IMG/VR virus record: IMGVR_UViG_3300032313_001465
Coordinates: 64,001-128,000 of that record
DNA from: a virus
Reading direction: 5' to 3' (one strand)
Length of the DNA stretch: 64,000 nucleotides
The notes below the pieces were generated by a model. That model did no database searches. It saw nothing but the letters and a program-made list of their open reading frames with translations, and was not told the origin of the DNA. Each line of letters starts with the position of its first letter. Position 1 is the first letter of the stretch. The position numbers and the translations under genes are program-made. Positions 1 to 8,084 of this stretch are shown here, one piece after another.

Positions 1-99
1 ATAGGGACTGAATTTCAAGTACGGTATCACTTTAGATATTAAGAAATGAAAAAACTAATGCAGGTGCAAGTCCTGTTCCCAACGCTAAAAACAAATAAA

Positions 100-321
100 A
101 TGAAAAACGAAAAAACAACATCAACCGGATTTGGACTTGGGACCGTCCTATTCTTAATATTTTTGGTCCTTAAACTAACTGGAGTTGGAATAGTAGCTAC
201 TTGGTCGTGGTGGTGGGTTTTATCCCCTCTTTGGATTCCTATAGTAATTACTCTCGGTATACTTATTTGTGTATTAGTATTTGTTAGTTTGTTAGCATTA
301 ATAGGAGCATTATTATCATGA
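100..321 (+). CDS. Small membrane protein (Tmemb_185A-like phage family)
   Basis: Hydrophobic FLIFLVLKLTG..WSWWWVLSPLWIP motif; ATG at 100 after an A-rich leader preferred over 46. Confidence 0.7.
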   Translation: MKNEKTTSTGFGLGTVLFLIFLVLKLTGVGIVATWSWWWVLSPLWIPIVITLGILICVLVFVSLLALIGALLS

Positions 322-551
322 AAAAAACAGCAATAAAAACATTTATGGATTGGTTCGCAACTGAATCAAACGCGGTAAAAACATTAACGGATAGTAATAT
401 CCAAGAAATTAATCAAAAGCTTAATCAATTACTTGACGTAGAAAAAGAATTTTTACAAGAAGTTCATAGAGATGGTATTGGATATCAAAGATATAATAGA
501 AAGTGGGGCAATGTAAGTACTGATGAAATTTGCGATAATTATAATAAATAA
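318..551 (+). CDS. Hypothetical protein, resembles 3413-3640
   Basis: ORF with ATGA overlap; KTA..W / EKE pattern shared with 3413-3640. Confidence 0.6.
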   Translation: MKKTAIKTFMDWFATESNAVKTLTDSNIQEINQKLNQLLDVEKEFLQEVHRDGIGYQRYNRKWGNVSTDEICDNYNK

Positions 552-557
552 TACGAT

Positions 558-830
558 ATGGCAGGAAAAATAGCAGAATTCAAGTTAGGAAATATAAATG
601 TAATGGGAGTGTTCCGCCACAAATGGGACTCACCAGAAAACTTATATACTACGATACATGAATATAAAACAAAGGAACTTGGTATATTCTACAGAAAAGA
701 TATGTGTCTTCATATAGGTAGAAAAAACCCAAAATATAATCTATATCCTTCTATCATGTTAGGTCTAAACTTAATATGGGCGAAATGTTGGATACAAATC
801 AACTATAATATACACCACTCAGAAGTGTAG
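558..830 (+). CDS. Hypothetical protein
   Basis: ORF track; tight operon spacing. Confidence 0.6.
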   Translation: MAGKIAEFKLGNINVMGVFRHKWDSPENLYTTIHEYKTKELGIFYRKDMCLHIGRKNPKYNLYPSIMLGLNLIWAKCWIQINYNIHHSEV

Positions 831-871
831 TCCCATACTACAGATTGTAGTTATTACGTCGTCTTATGAGG

Positions 872-936
872 CGTCATGTAAGCGTCATGCGAAAGATTTG
901 GCATTTCCGGATTTTGGTCGTATATTGACGCATAAT
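872..936 (+). promoter_or_regulatory. Early promoter copy 1 (CGTCAT-N5-CGTCAT-N8-TTTGG-N16-TCGTATATTGA)
   Basis: CGTCAT at 872 and 883, TTTGG at 897, TCGTATATTGA at 918; same spacing in all six copies. Confidence 0.85.
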
Positions 937-950
937 AAAAAACGTAAAAA

Positions 951-1160
951 ATGGAAAATATGTTCACAACAAAAGTTAGTTTAATAATTCTTAGCCACTT
1001 AGAAGATATGGAATTAGAAATTTCTACTAATCCGGAAATGGCTTATAAAAGAATGAGACTTGTTAGGATATTAATATCAGAATATCCAGATACTAATGTT
1101 AGGATTTCGGATGAAAAATTAGATGAACTTTGGAATGGATTAAGTTTAGGAGAATTTTAA
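951..1160 (+). CDS. Hypothetical early protein
   Basis: ORF directly downstream of promoter copy 1. Confidence 0.7.
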   Translation: MENMFTTKVSLIILSHLEDMELEISTNPEMAYKRMRLVRILISEYPDTNVRISDEKLDELWNGLSLGEF

Positions 1161-1165
1161 CAGAG

Positions 1166-1230
1166 CGTCATAACTGCGTCATGTAGTAGATTTGGCGAAG
1201 CGAAACACCGTTCGTATATTGATGTATAAT
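1166..1230 (+). promoter_or_regulatory. Early promoter copy 2
   Basis: CGTCAT at 1166 and 1177, TTTGG at 1191, TCGTATATTGA at 1212. Confidence 0.85.
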
Positions 1231-1251
1231 AAAAAATAAAAAATAAAGGTT

Positions 1252-1833
1252 ATGTATTTAAGCACAAGAGAAACAGCAGTAGGACCATTTAAAATCTATA
1301 AAGATGTAGATGGTAAATTTAGAAATTTTTCAATTGGTTGTAGAGTTTTACCTTCACCATTTTTCGAAAATGAGTATACCACAGTATTTACTTTAAAAAG
1401 AAAATACGAACCTGGTGAAAATAGTCAATTTAAAAACGGTGGTTTTGAAGTTTACGGTCCATCAGGTGAAATAAGAAACTTTGATTTAGATCAAGTAATC
1501 GTTCATCCTTTTGAGCTAAAAATGACTAAATTCTTTGAAAAAGAAGATAACGTTGCTGCTAAAAATGAAACTGTAAAGGATGGTGTTAAACGTAAAAGAG
1601 GTCGTCCATCACTTGGTTTAATGGTAAAAGAAAAAGTAGCATACGTTTCTACAGGTAATAAAAGAGGTCGTCCTGCATCTTTAACACCTAAAACACCTAA
1701 AGTTAGTAAAGGTGGTAAACGTGGTAGACCATCACTTAGTGATGCAGAAAAATTAATTCGTCAAGCAGAATTAGAAGCAAAAGCAAAGAAATCAGGTGGT
1801 AAAAGAGGTCGTCCTGCTAAAGCAAAAAGATAA
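1252..1833 (+). CDS. AT-hook repeat DNA-binding protein
   Basis: Four KRGRP motifs in a basic C-terminal half. Confidence 0.75.
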   Translation: MYLSTRETAVGPFKIYKDVDGKFRNFSIGCRVLPSPFFENEYTTVFTLKRKYEPGENSQFKNGGFEVYGPSGEIRNFDLDQVIVHPFELKMTKFFEKEDNVAAKNETVKDGVKRKRGRPSLGLMVKEKVAYVSTGNKRGRPASLTPKTPKVSKGGKRGRPSLSDAEKLIRQAELEAKAKKSGGKRGRPAKAKR

Positions 1834-1837
1834 TATT

Positions 1838-2062
1838 ATGACACAAAGTGGTTTAGTTGATATAATGCAGAAGCGTTTAGAGTGGTGTATTGAAACAGAA
1901 CATTATGAAATGGCTGCTAAATTAAGAGATTTAATTAAGTATGAAACAATTGATGATGAAAAATATAAACATCAATATTATCTAGAATTACTCAAAAAAT
2001 ATGCTCCCGAAACTCCAGAATTTTACGAACGAATGAAAGAAAAATATAATATCGAAGATTAA
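1838..2062 (+). CDS. UVR (UvrB/UvrC) coiled-coil motif protein
   Basis: CIETEHYEMAAKLRDLI matches the UVR motif; ATG at 1838 preferred over 1796. Confidence 0.7.
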   Translation: MTQSGLVDIMQKRLEWCIETEHYEMAAKLRDLIKYETIDDEKYKHQYYLELLKKYAPETPEFYERMKEKYNIED

Positions 2063-2070
2063 ATAATTAA

Positions 2071-2135
2071 CGTAATTTAAGTGTAATATGAAAGGTTTGG
2101 TTTTATATCAAATCTTTCGTATATTGATGTATAAT
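2071..2135 (+). promoter_or_regulatory. Early promoter copy 3 (degenerate upstream boxes)
   Basis: CGTAAT at 2071, TGTAAT at 2082, TTTGG at 2096, TCGTATATTGA at 2117. Confidence 0.75.
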
Positions 2136-2149
2136 CAAAAATAAAAATT

Positions 2150-2281
2150 ATGAGCTGTTCATCAGGTAAATCAACAAAAAAAGGTCGCTATAATAAAGCG
2201 AACAATCTAAAACAACCTATATCGTACACAATCGATTCAAAAGGTAATGTTAAACCAATTTATTCACTTAAAACAAAATAA
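2150..2281 (+). CDS. Small basic 43-aa protein (not in ORF track)
   Basis: Hand-translated MSCSSGKSTKKGRYNKANNLKQPISYTIDSKGNVKPIYSLKTK; lies right after promoter copy 3. Confidence 0.65.
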   Translation: MSCSSGKSTKKGRYNKANNLKQPISYTIDSKGNVKPIYSLKTK

Positions 2282-2540
2282 AAATTATGAAAGTATTAGT
2301 TAATAGAATCCTTAATTTAGATGGAACATGGCAAGGTTATAAATTAACCCCATCTCATGCTCATGCAAAAGTAACATGGTCTAATCCAGGTAAACAATTT
2401 GATTCATTAGATGAAGTAGTTGAATTTTACAAATTACAAAATGTACGTGAGTTAGGTGTAAAATATACTTACGATAATAAAAATCAAAAATATGGAATTG
2501 AAGAATGGGAAGCAATTTATTCACTTAAAACAAAATAAAA
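2256..2540 (+). repeat. 28-bp perfect direct repeat at the ends of two consecutive ORFs
   Basis: CAATTTATTCACTTAAAACAAAATAAAA at 2256-2283 and 2513-2540. Confidence 0.9.
2287..2538 (+). CDS. Hypothetical early protein
   Basis: ORF track; ends IYSLKTK like the preceding ORF. Confidence 0.7.
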   Translation: MKVLVNRILNLDGTWQGYKLTPSHAHAKVTWSNPGKQFDSLDEVVEFYKLQNVRELGVKYTYDNKNQKYGIEEWEAIYSLKTK

Positions 2541-2541
2541 T

Positions 2542-3330
2542 ATGATACGAAATAACTTAAATCTTATCCCGTTAAATAATAACATTGATAAGTTAGTAGC
2601 GTTTATTCCCTCTCTTAACAAAGATTGGCGAAATAATCAATTAATTAAATCAAAACCATTTCAAATCGAATCTTTAGATGCTATCAGAGAGTTTCAACGA
2701 CAAGGATGGTATATAAAAGGAGCAAATGAAATTAGAGATAAAGGACGAAAAATTAAAAATCACTTTATCAAAATGGAACACCCTGATTTTATGATTCGTA
2801 ATAAAAAAGGTCAAACCGAAGCAGTTGCTAATATGAATATTCAAAACAGTTGTGATGGTTCTAAACCTTTAGAAGTGGATTTAGGTGTATATCGTATGAT
2901 TTGTTCGAATGGAGCGATTGCTCATACATCTTATAGTAATGCTAAAGTATCTCATACTGAAAAAGGTTTGTATTCATTAAATGAAATCCTTTGTGATTTA
3001 GGTATTCGTACGCAAGGTGTAATTAATGAATTCGATAAATTAAAACATAAAGATTTATCACCTCGCCAAATGATGGCTTTAGCTAGTGATGCAGCAAATA
3101 TTCGTTTTGGTGTAGGTAATAAAGTAAATGCAGCACAATTACTTAATGTAGTACGTGACGAAGATAAAGGTAATGATATTTGGACAGTGTTTAATCGAAT
3201 TCAAGAAAATTTAACACAATCTAATCGTATTAAAGATGCGAATAAAAAATTATTAGGTGGTGTTAGTAACGTATATGAAGATACACGCATCAATAAAGAG
3301 TTATTTCAATTAGCACATTCGTACGCATAA
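2542..3330 (+). CDS. DUF932/DUF945-like protein
   Basis: NSCDGS..LGVYRMICSNG and DIWTVFNRIQENL motifs. Confidence 0.8.
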   Translation: MIRNNLNLIPLNNNIDKLVAFIPSLNKDWRNNQLIKSKPFQIESLDAIREFQRQGWYIKGANEIRDKGRKIKNHFIKMEHPDFMIRNKKGQTEAVANMNIQNSCDGSKPLEVDLGVYRMICSNGAIAHTSYSNAKVSHTEKGLYSLNEILCDLGIRTQGVINEFDKLKHKDLSPRQMMALASDAANIRFGVGNKVNAAQLLNVVRDEDKGNDIWTVFNRIQENLTQSNRIKDANKKLLGGVSNVYEDTRINKELFQLAHSYA

Positions 3331-3335
3331 CAAAG

Positions 3336-3400
3336 CGTCATAACTAAGTCATGCGAGAGATTTGGCATATTGCCAGATCTTTCGTATATTGACGTATAAT
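3336..3400 (+). promoter_or_regulatory. Early promoter copy 4
   Basis: CGTCAT at 3336, AGTCAT at 3347, TTTGG at 3361, TCGTATATTGA at 3382. Confidence 0.85.
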
Positions 3401-3412
3401 AAAAATAAAAAA

Positions 3413-3640
3413 ATGGAAAAGACACAAACAGCAGTAGAATGGTTAGAAAGTAATTTACCAACAGCATTTAAAGACTTGACTATTAATAAACAACTAATTG
3501 AACAAGCCAAACAAATGGAAAAGGAGCAGATATTAAATGCTTATAATTTTGGATATTGGGAAAGTGAAGATCCAACTAAAATTGCTGATATGTATTATAA
3601 TGAAACATTTGGAAAGCGTCACAACGACGTCATACAATAA
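3413..3640 (+). CDS. Hypothetical protein (QTAVEWL..QAKQMEKEQI type)
   Basis: ATG at 3413 downstream of promoter; the TTG at 3362 lies inside the promoter. Confidence 0.7.
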   Translation: MEKTQTAVEWLESNLPTAFKDLTINKQLIEQAKQMEKEQILNAYNFGYWESEDPTKIADMYYNETFGKRHNDVIQ

Positions 3641-3680
3641 ATTTGGCGAAGCGAAACAGGGTTCGTATATTGACGTATTA
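3617..3680 (+). promoter_or_regulatory. Early promoter copy 5
   Basis: CGTCAC at 3617, CGTCAT at 3628, TTTGG at 3642, TCGTATATTGA at 3663. Confidence 0.85.
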
Positions 3681-3703
3681 TTAAAATTAAAAAAATAAAG
3701 GTT

Positions 3704-4501
3704 ATGCAACAATTACAAAAAAGAAGAGGTCGTCCTTCAAAAACACAATTACCAATCGAAAGTTCATTTAACGCAGATTCAATTAAATTAATTAGAGGAA
3801 ACGAACTTAAATTCAATGATGCGTTATTTATACCAATGAAAACAAATAGTGAAGTTGATACTATTTTATCAACTGAAGGTGGTTTAATGCCAGGTACTAA
3901 TTTAGTTTTTGCTGGTGGTCCAGGTTCAGGTAAATCAACAATAGTGTTAGATATATTATCTAATTTAACACAACAAGGTTATAAATGTTTATTTGTTAGT
4001 GGTGAAATGGATGAAATAGCTCACTATAAGTATTGTAAACGTTTACCTAAATTTAATTGTGTTCAAACGTTGTTTTTGAAAAACTATTCACATTGTGTAA
4101 AAGAAACAATTGAACATGTATTTGATATGGGATATGATGTTATTGGTATTGATTCAATTGCTGAAGTAATAGATATGTATAAAGATGCTTATCGTACTAC
4201 TGAAAGCGCAGCTGAATATTGGTTTTTACAAATACAAGATAAAAATAAAAAAGGTGAAAATAAAGGTGGTTATAACACAACATTCCTTAACATACAACAA
4301 GTAACTAAGCAAGGTGATTTTGCAGGTTCGAACAGACTAAAACACATGACTGACGGAATGTGTCACATCGAAAGATCAAAGGATGGTTTACAACGTTCAA
4401 TGCATTTTAGTAAAAATAGAGATTGTGATAAAGATTTTAAAATGTATTTTTCATTTTATAATGATCAGGTTCAATATACTTATGAAACATTTAATGATTA
4501 A
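3704..4501 (+). CDS. RadA/Sms-like RecA-family ATPase with N-terminal AT-hook
   Basis: Walker A GGPGSGKST, VSGEM, IDSI Walker B, QVTKQGDFAGSNRLKHMTD; N-terminal RRGRP. Confidence 0.8.
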   Translation: MQQLQKRRGRPSKTQLPIESSFNADSIKLIRGNELKFNDALFIPMKTNSEVDTILSTEGGLMPGTNLVFAGGPGSGKSTIVLDILSNLTQQGYKCLFVSGEMDEIAHYKYCKRLPKFNCVQTLFLKNYSHCVKETIEHVFDMGYDVIGIDSIAEVIDMYKDAYRTTESAAEYWFLQIQDKNKKGENKGGYNTTFLNIQQVTKQGDFAGSNRLKHMTDGMCHIERSKDGLQRSMHFSKNRDCDKDFKMYFSFYNDQVQYTYETFND

Positions 4502-4503
4502 AA

Positions 4504-4953
4504 ATGATAATTGAGTTAGAAATATTAAAAAAGTATGCTGAGAGTTTCGGGTTCAAATTAAATTTGAACTCGAAATCTTCTGAGGTAACTTTTAAACGGG
4601 GCACATTAAATACTCCTAATAAAATTAATATTATTAATACTAACTCAATCCATCAATATTATTTGTTATTACATGAATTGGGTCATTGGGAATTGATGAA
4701 GGATTGGGGTTTATATAAGCAGAAATATTATTTTTCATCAATGGGTGAAGAATTTGCTCTTGATAAGATATATAAATATCGAAGACGAGTTGCATATAAG
4801 GTAGATATAATGAGAGAAGAATTTGATGCTTGGGAAGCTGGTAAGAATTTAGCTGATAGATTAAATCTTTTTTTGGATATAGTTGACTATAACCAATATA
4901 GCGTTTCATATTTATTTTCGTATATTAAATATTTAGGTAAAAAAAGTAAATAA
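4504..4953 (+). CDS. Putative HExxH zinc metallopeptidase (ImmA/IrrE-like)
   Basis: LLHELGH plus downstream EEFDAW. Confidence 0.6.
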   Translation: MIIELEILKKYAESFGFKLNLNSKSSEVTFKRGTLNTPNKINIINTNSIHQYYLLLHELGHWELMKDWGLYKQKYYFSSMGEEFALDKIYKYRRRVAYKVDIMREEFDAWEAGKNLADRLNLFLDIVDYNQYSVSYLFSYIKYLGKKSK

Positions 4954-4954
4954 A

Positions 4955-5257
4955 ATGGATTTAATTTGTATAAACGACACATACTCACCCGATACTTTAG
5001 AATTTTGGGCTAAAAACGGAGTTTGGTACCCTTGGAAAGATAGGATATATTCATTAAGAAATTCTCAAAGACATACAAACGGTAAGATAGGAATTAGAGT
5101 AAATGAAATTATTAATCCAGCGATTCCTGTAAAACACAATATCCTTACGCAAATTATAGTAGAGCCGACTTTCAATATTTTACGGTTTGCTTTATTAACA
5201 GGAGAAACATTAACTAAAGAAATAATAGAACAAGTAGAACATGAGATATCAAAATAA
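4955..5257 (+). CDS. Hypothetical protein
   Basis: ORF track. Confidence 0.65.
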   Translation: MDLICINDTYSPDTLEFWAKNGVWYPWKDRIYSLRNSQRHTNGKIGIRVNEIINPAIPVKHNILTQIIVEPTFNILRFALLTGETLTKEIIEQVEHEISK

Positions 5258-5495
5258 AGAACAAATGAGAGTAGATTATATTAGGATGAGAAGCGATAAT
5301 GCGCTTTACCTTGACCTATTCTATGAAATTTACCTTCATAAAAATCAAAAACAAAACTTAGATTTTAATACATTTGCTCATACATTTCAAATATACATGC
5401 ATTCTACCGGATTTTCGCTATTGAATGATATGGATATTTATTTTAATGTGGTTAAGGTCTTAGATAAAGATAAACATATTATTAAGTGGATGTAA
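5241..5495 (+). CDS. Hypothetical protein
   Basis: ORF track. Confidence 0.6.
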   Translation: MRYQNKEQMRVDYIRMRSDNALYLDLFYEIYLHKNQKQNLDFNTFAHTFQIYMHSTGFSLLNDMDIYFNVVKVLDKDKHIIKWM

Positions 5496-5496
5496 A

Positions 5497-5561
5497 CGTC
5501 ATGTAGACGTCATACGAGAAATTTGGCGAAGCGAAACAATGGTCGTATATTGATGTATAAT
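5497..5561 (+). promoter_or_regulatory. Early promoter copy 6
   Basis: CGTCAT at 5497 and 5508, TTTGG at 5522, TCGTATATTGA at 5543. Confidence 0.85.
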
Positions 5562-5576
5562 AAAAAAATAAAGGTT

Positions 5577-5822
5577 ATGACACAAACAACAATTAAATAC
5601 TACGAAGGTTCAGTTGAATTTTATACTGTTAATTCAGCAAATGAAGTTAAACAATTGAATAAGTATGTTTTAAGTACATTTAAACATAAGTGTGCTTCTA
5701 AGAAAAGAATTGATGGTGAGCTTTGGGCTGAGGTTTTTGAAAATGGTAAATCGATTTCTAGATTTATATATAATCCAAAACAAGGTTTAAAAGTATTTTC
5801 AACACAAGAATTATCTAAATAA
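5577..5822 (+). CDS. Hypothetical early protein
   Basis: ATG at 5577 after the AATAAAGGTT leader shared with 1252, 3704 and 7077. Confidence 0.7.
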   Translation: MTQTTIKYYEGSVEFYTVNSANEVKQLNKYVLSTFKHKCASKKRIDGELWAEVFENGKSISRFIYNPKQGLKVFSTQELSK

Positions 5823-5823
5823 T

Positions 5824-6252
5824 ATGGCTTTATACGATTGCACAATACAATACGACATGTTTAGTAGTGAAGTTAACCAAATAATATATTCAGAAGGTCC
5901 TTTAGCTTTACAACCTAAAAAACAAGGTATATCATCATCACATGTTAAACGTTTTTTCTATGAGGTAGAATCAATAGTAGCGCCTCAATTACTTAAGATA
6001 AGAGACCAAAAATACATTATTCCTAACTGGCAACCCGTTCATCTTAATACTGAATTAACTGATATTATTTGGATAAAACCAAAATCAGATAAAGTGATTG
6101 TTGAAAAAGAACAATGGGAATTTTTAGGATCTGATGGTGTAAGTAAATATTTTGTTAGAAAAACAGGTAATCAGTTTAAATGTACTTGTCCTGGATACTA
6201 TCGTTCATTTACTAGAGAATGTAAACATATTAAAGAATGTAAATTAAAATAA
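5824..6252 (+). CDS. SWIM zinc-finger protein
   Basis: C-terminal CTCPGY..RECKHI. Confidence 0.75.
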   Translation: MALYDCTIQYDMFSSEVNQIIYSEGPLALQPKKQGISSSHVKRFFYEVESIVAPQLLKIRDQKYIIPNWQPVHLNTELTDIIWIKPKSDKVIVEKEQWEFLGSDGVSKYFVRKTGNQFKCTCPGYYRSFTRECKHIKECKLK

Positions 6253-6253
6253 A

Positions 6254-6475
6254 ATGGAAACAGCACAATTGATTCAAAAAGTTTATAGAGTAAACTTTAT
6301 ATATAAAGGAGAAAATTATTTTTCAATAATTACCGAAGATCTTCTTTCTGATAAAGTTAATTTAGAAGTTATTATGAAGGAAAGAAATAGAGTAGCAATT
6401 GATAGCGATGAAGAAATTTATAAAAATCTTGAAAAAATAACATATGAGCAATATACAGCAACCAAAAAGAGGTAG
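6254..6475 (+). CDS. Hypothetical protein
   Basis: ORF track. Confidence 0.6.
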   Translation: METAQLIQKVYRVNFIYKGENYFSIITEDLLSDKVNLEVIMKERNRVAIDSDEEIYKNLEKITYEQYTATKKR

Positions 6476-6734
6476 ACCATCACGTGAAGATGCAGTAGTT
6501 GAGTCTAAATTTACTAGACGATTCGATGATGAAAATGGAGATTATTCAATTTGGACGTTTGATTTAAATAAAAATTCTAATGGACCAATAAAAACAGAAA
6601 CGTTTTATAAAAAAATCCCAACCACATTTGATCAAGATCAAGAGAAACTACCATTAACAAAACGAAAATTTGTTAATGAAGAAAATAATAAAGTAGTTTC
6701 GTATCAAAGAGCTAAAGCTTTAAATATCATATAA
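6444..6734 (+). CDS. Hypothetical protein with AT-hook-like motif
   Basis: N-terminal PKRGRPS. Confidence 0.6.
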   Translation: MSNIQQPKRGRPSREDAVVESKFTRRFDDENGDYSIWTFDLNKNSNGPIKTETFYKKIPTTFDQDQEKLPLTKRKFVNEENNKVVSYQRAKALNII

Positions 6735-7063
6735 TGGCAGAAAAAAGAGGTTGGACAGATAAAAGCATTTATGACTTTAACCCATCAGCATTTTTAGAGA
6801 TTTTACTCAATGAACAATGGTTTAGAGTAACTTGTGAGGACTTTAGAAGTTTTGATGGTCCTAGAAGAATTACTCATTGGAAAGATAGAGAAAAAATATG
6901 TTCTGATTACTATGGGCCCGTTTACTTTCATCGTACTAATAAAAAAGCAGATCCAACTAATAGTAATACAATATTATATATTTCTACTGACTTAAATAAG
7001 GTACAAAAGTTAAAGAATAGAGATATGAAACGTGGGAAATTGGAAGAAGATTATTACATTTAA
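6734..7063 (+). CDS. Hypothetical protein
   Basis: ORF with TAATG coupling. Confidence 0.7.
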   Translation: MAEKRGWTDKSIYDFNPSAFLEILLNEQWFRVTCEDFRSFDGPRRITHWKDREKICSDYYGPVYFHRTNKKADPTNSNTILYISTDLNKVQKLKNRDMKRGKLEEDYYI

Positions 7064-7076
7064 ATAAATAAAGGTT

Positions 7077-7445
7077 ATGAATAGAAAAGAAATAGTAGAA
7101 ACGTATTTAAAAAATACAATAGAGTTTTTAGAAGAAAATGAATTTTTTGAAGACGTTCTAAATGAAGATGGTATTCAAGATATTGATAAATTTAGGGAAT
7201 TATTTCTATACGAATTAGAAATTAAAATATTAGACGCTTATGATAAACATAAATCGCCTGTATTAACTGAAGAAGAGTTTCTTGATGCTACCAAGTTAGC
7301 TATTGTAGGGTGTCATTTAGAATCTTTAAAAGATAAAGGATTAATTCAATCTGAATTCGATTTAGAATCAGGAGAAATAGTTTACTCTTTAAATAAAGAT
7401 ATCTCTTTAGATGATGATGGCGGATATGGAATGTATGATCATTAA
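7077..7445 (+). CDS. Acidic hypothetical protein (possible winged-helix C-terminus)
   Basis: LESLKDKGLI..EIVYSL pattern. Confidence 0.6.
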   Translation: MNRKEIVETYLKNTIEFLEENEFFEDVLNEDGIQDIDKFRELFLYELEIKILDAYDKHKSPVLTEEEFLDATKLAIVGCHLESLKDKGLIQSEFDLESGEIVYSLNKDISLDDDGGYGMYDH

Positions 7446-7459
7446 TTAAAATAATATAA

Positions 7460-7786
7460 ATGCAAACACAAACTTACATAAACAACGACCAAATTATTAA
7501 ATTCAATATCTCTCCAGATCATAATTCAATTATTGTTATTTTGGAAGATATAGGAATGGGTGATGAATATATCTTAGCCAAGTTAATAGGAGGTAAATAT
7601 GAGTGGGTAAGTGAAAAAAATAAGAATTTATACTTTTCTTTATTCAGAAAATATATTTACTTAAAAAGGCACTTAAAAAAGGCAATTAAATTACTTGATA
7701 ATAGTAATACCGATAATGATCTAAAAATTAGAATGCAGTGTTTTAAAAGAAAATTTTCAATACAAGTATCAAAAATATTAAAATAA
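7460..7786 (+). CDS. Hypothetical protein
   Basis: ORF track. Confidence 0.55.
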   Translation: MQTQTYINNDQIIKFNISPDHNSIIVILEDIGMGDEYILAKLIGGKYEWVSEKNKNLYFSLFRKYIYLKRHLKKAIKLLDNSNTDNDLKIRMQCFKRKFSIQVSKILK

Positions 7787-7849
7787 AAGAAAAATAGTTG
7801 AGAACTTGGTAAAGAAAAAATGGGTTATATATATAATATAAATAAACAT

Positions 7850-7923
7850 GCTGCGTTAGGCAAATTGGTTAAGCCGCTACCCTTTCACGGTAGAAATTGA
7901 GGGTTCGAGCCCCTTACGCAGTA
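7850..7923 (+). tRNA. tRNA-Glu(TTC)
   Basis: Acceptor GCTGCGT/ACGCAGT, anticodon arm CTACC-CTTTCAC-GGTAG, T-loop TTCGAGC; no encoded CCA. Confidence 0.9.
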
Positions 7924-7931
7924 CTTTTTAT

Positions 7932-8003
7932 TGCCCTTTCGTCTAATTGGCAGGACAAATGATTTTGGTTCATTAAATTGGAGTTCGAATCTCTGAGGGG
8001 CAA
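7932..8003 (+). tRNA. tRNA-Gln(TTG)
   Basis: Acceptor TGCCCTT/AGGGGCA, anticodon arm AATGA-TTTTGGT-TCATT, T-loop TTCGAAT. Confidence 0.9.
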
Positions 8004-8008
8004 CATAT

Positions 8009-8084
8009 CGCGGGATAGGGCAGTTGGTAGCCCGCTAGGCTCATAACCTAGAGGTCGTGGGTTCGAATCCCACTCCCGCAACCA
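8009..8084 (+). tRNA. tRNA-Met(CAT), initiator type
   Basis: C1:A72 mismatch, anticodon arm CTAGG-CTCATAA-CCTAG, encoded CCA. Confidence 0.92.

Noticed and set aside
872-5561. Repeated motif read as a CRISPR array or attC-type cassette sites
   Set aside because: Copies are hundreds to thousands of bp apart, conserved only at promoter-like boxes and not palindromic; no cas gene or integrase in the window.
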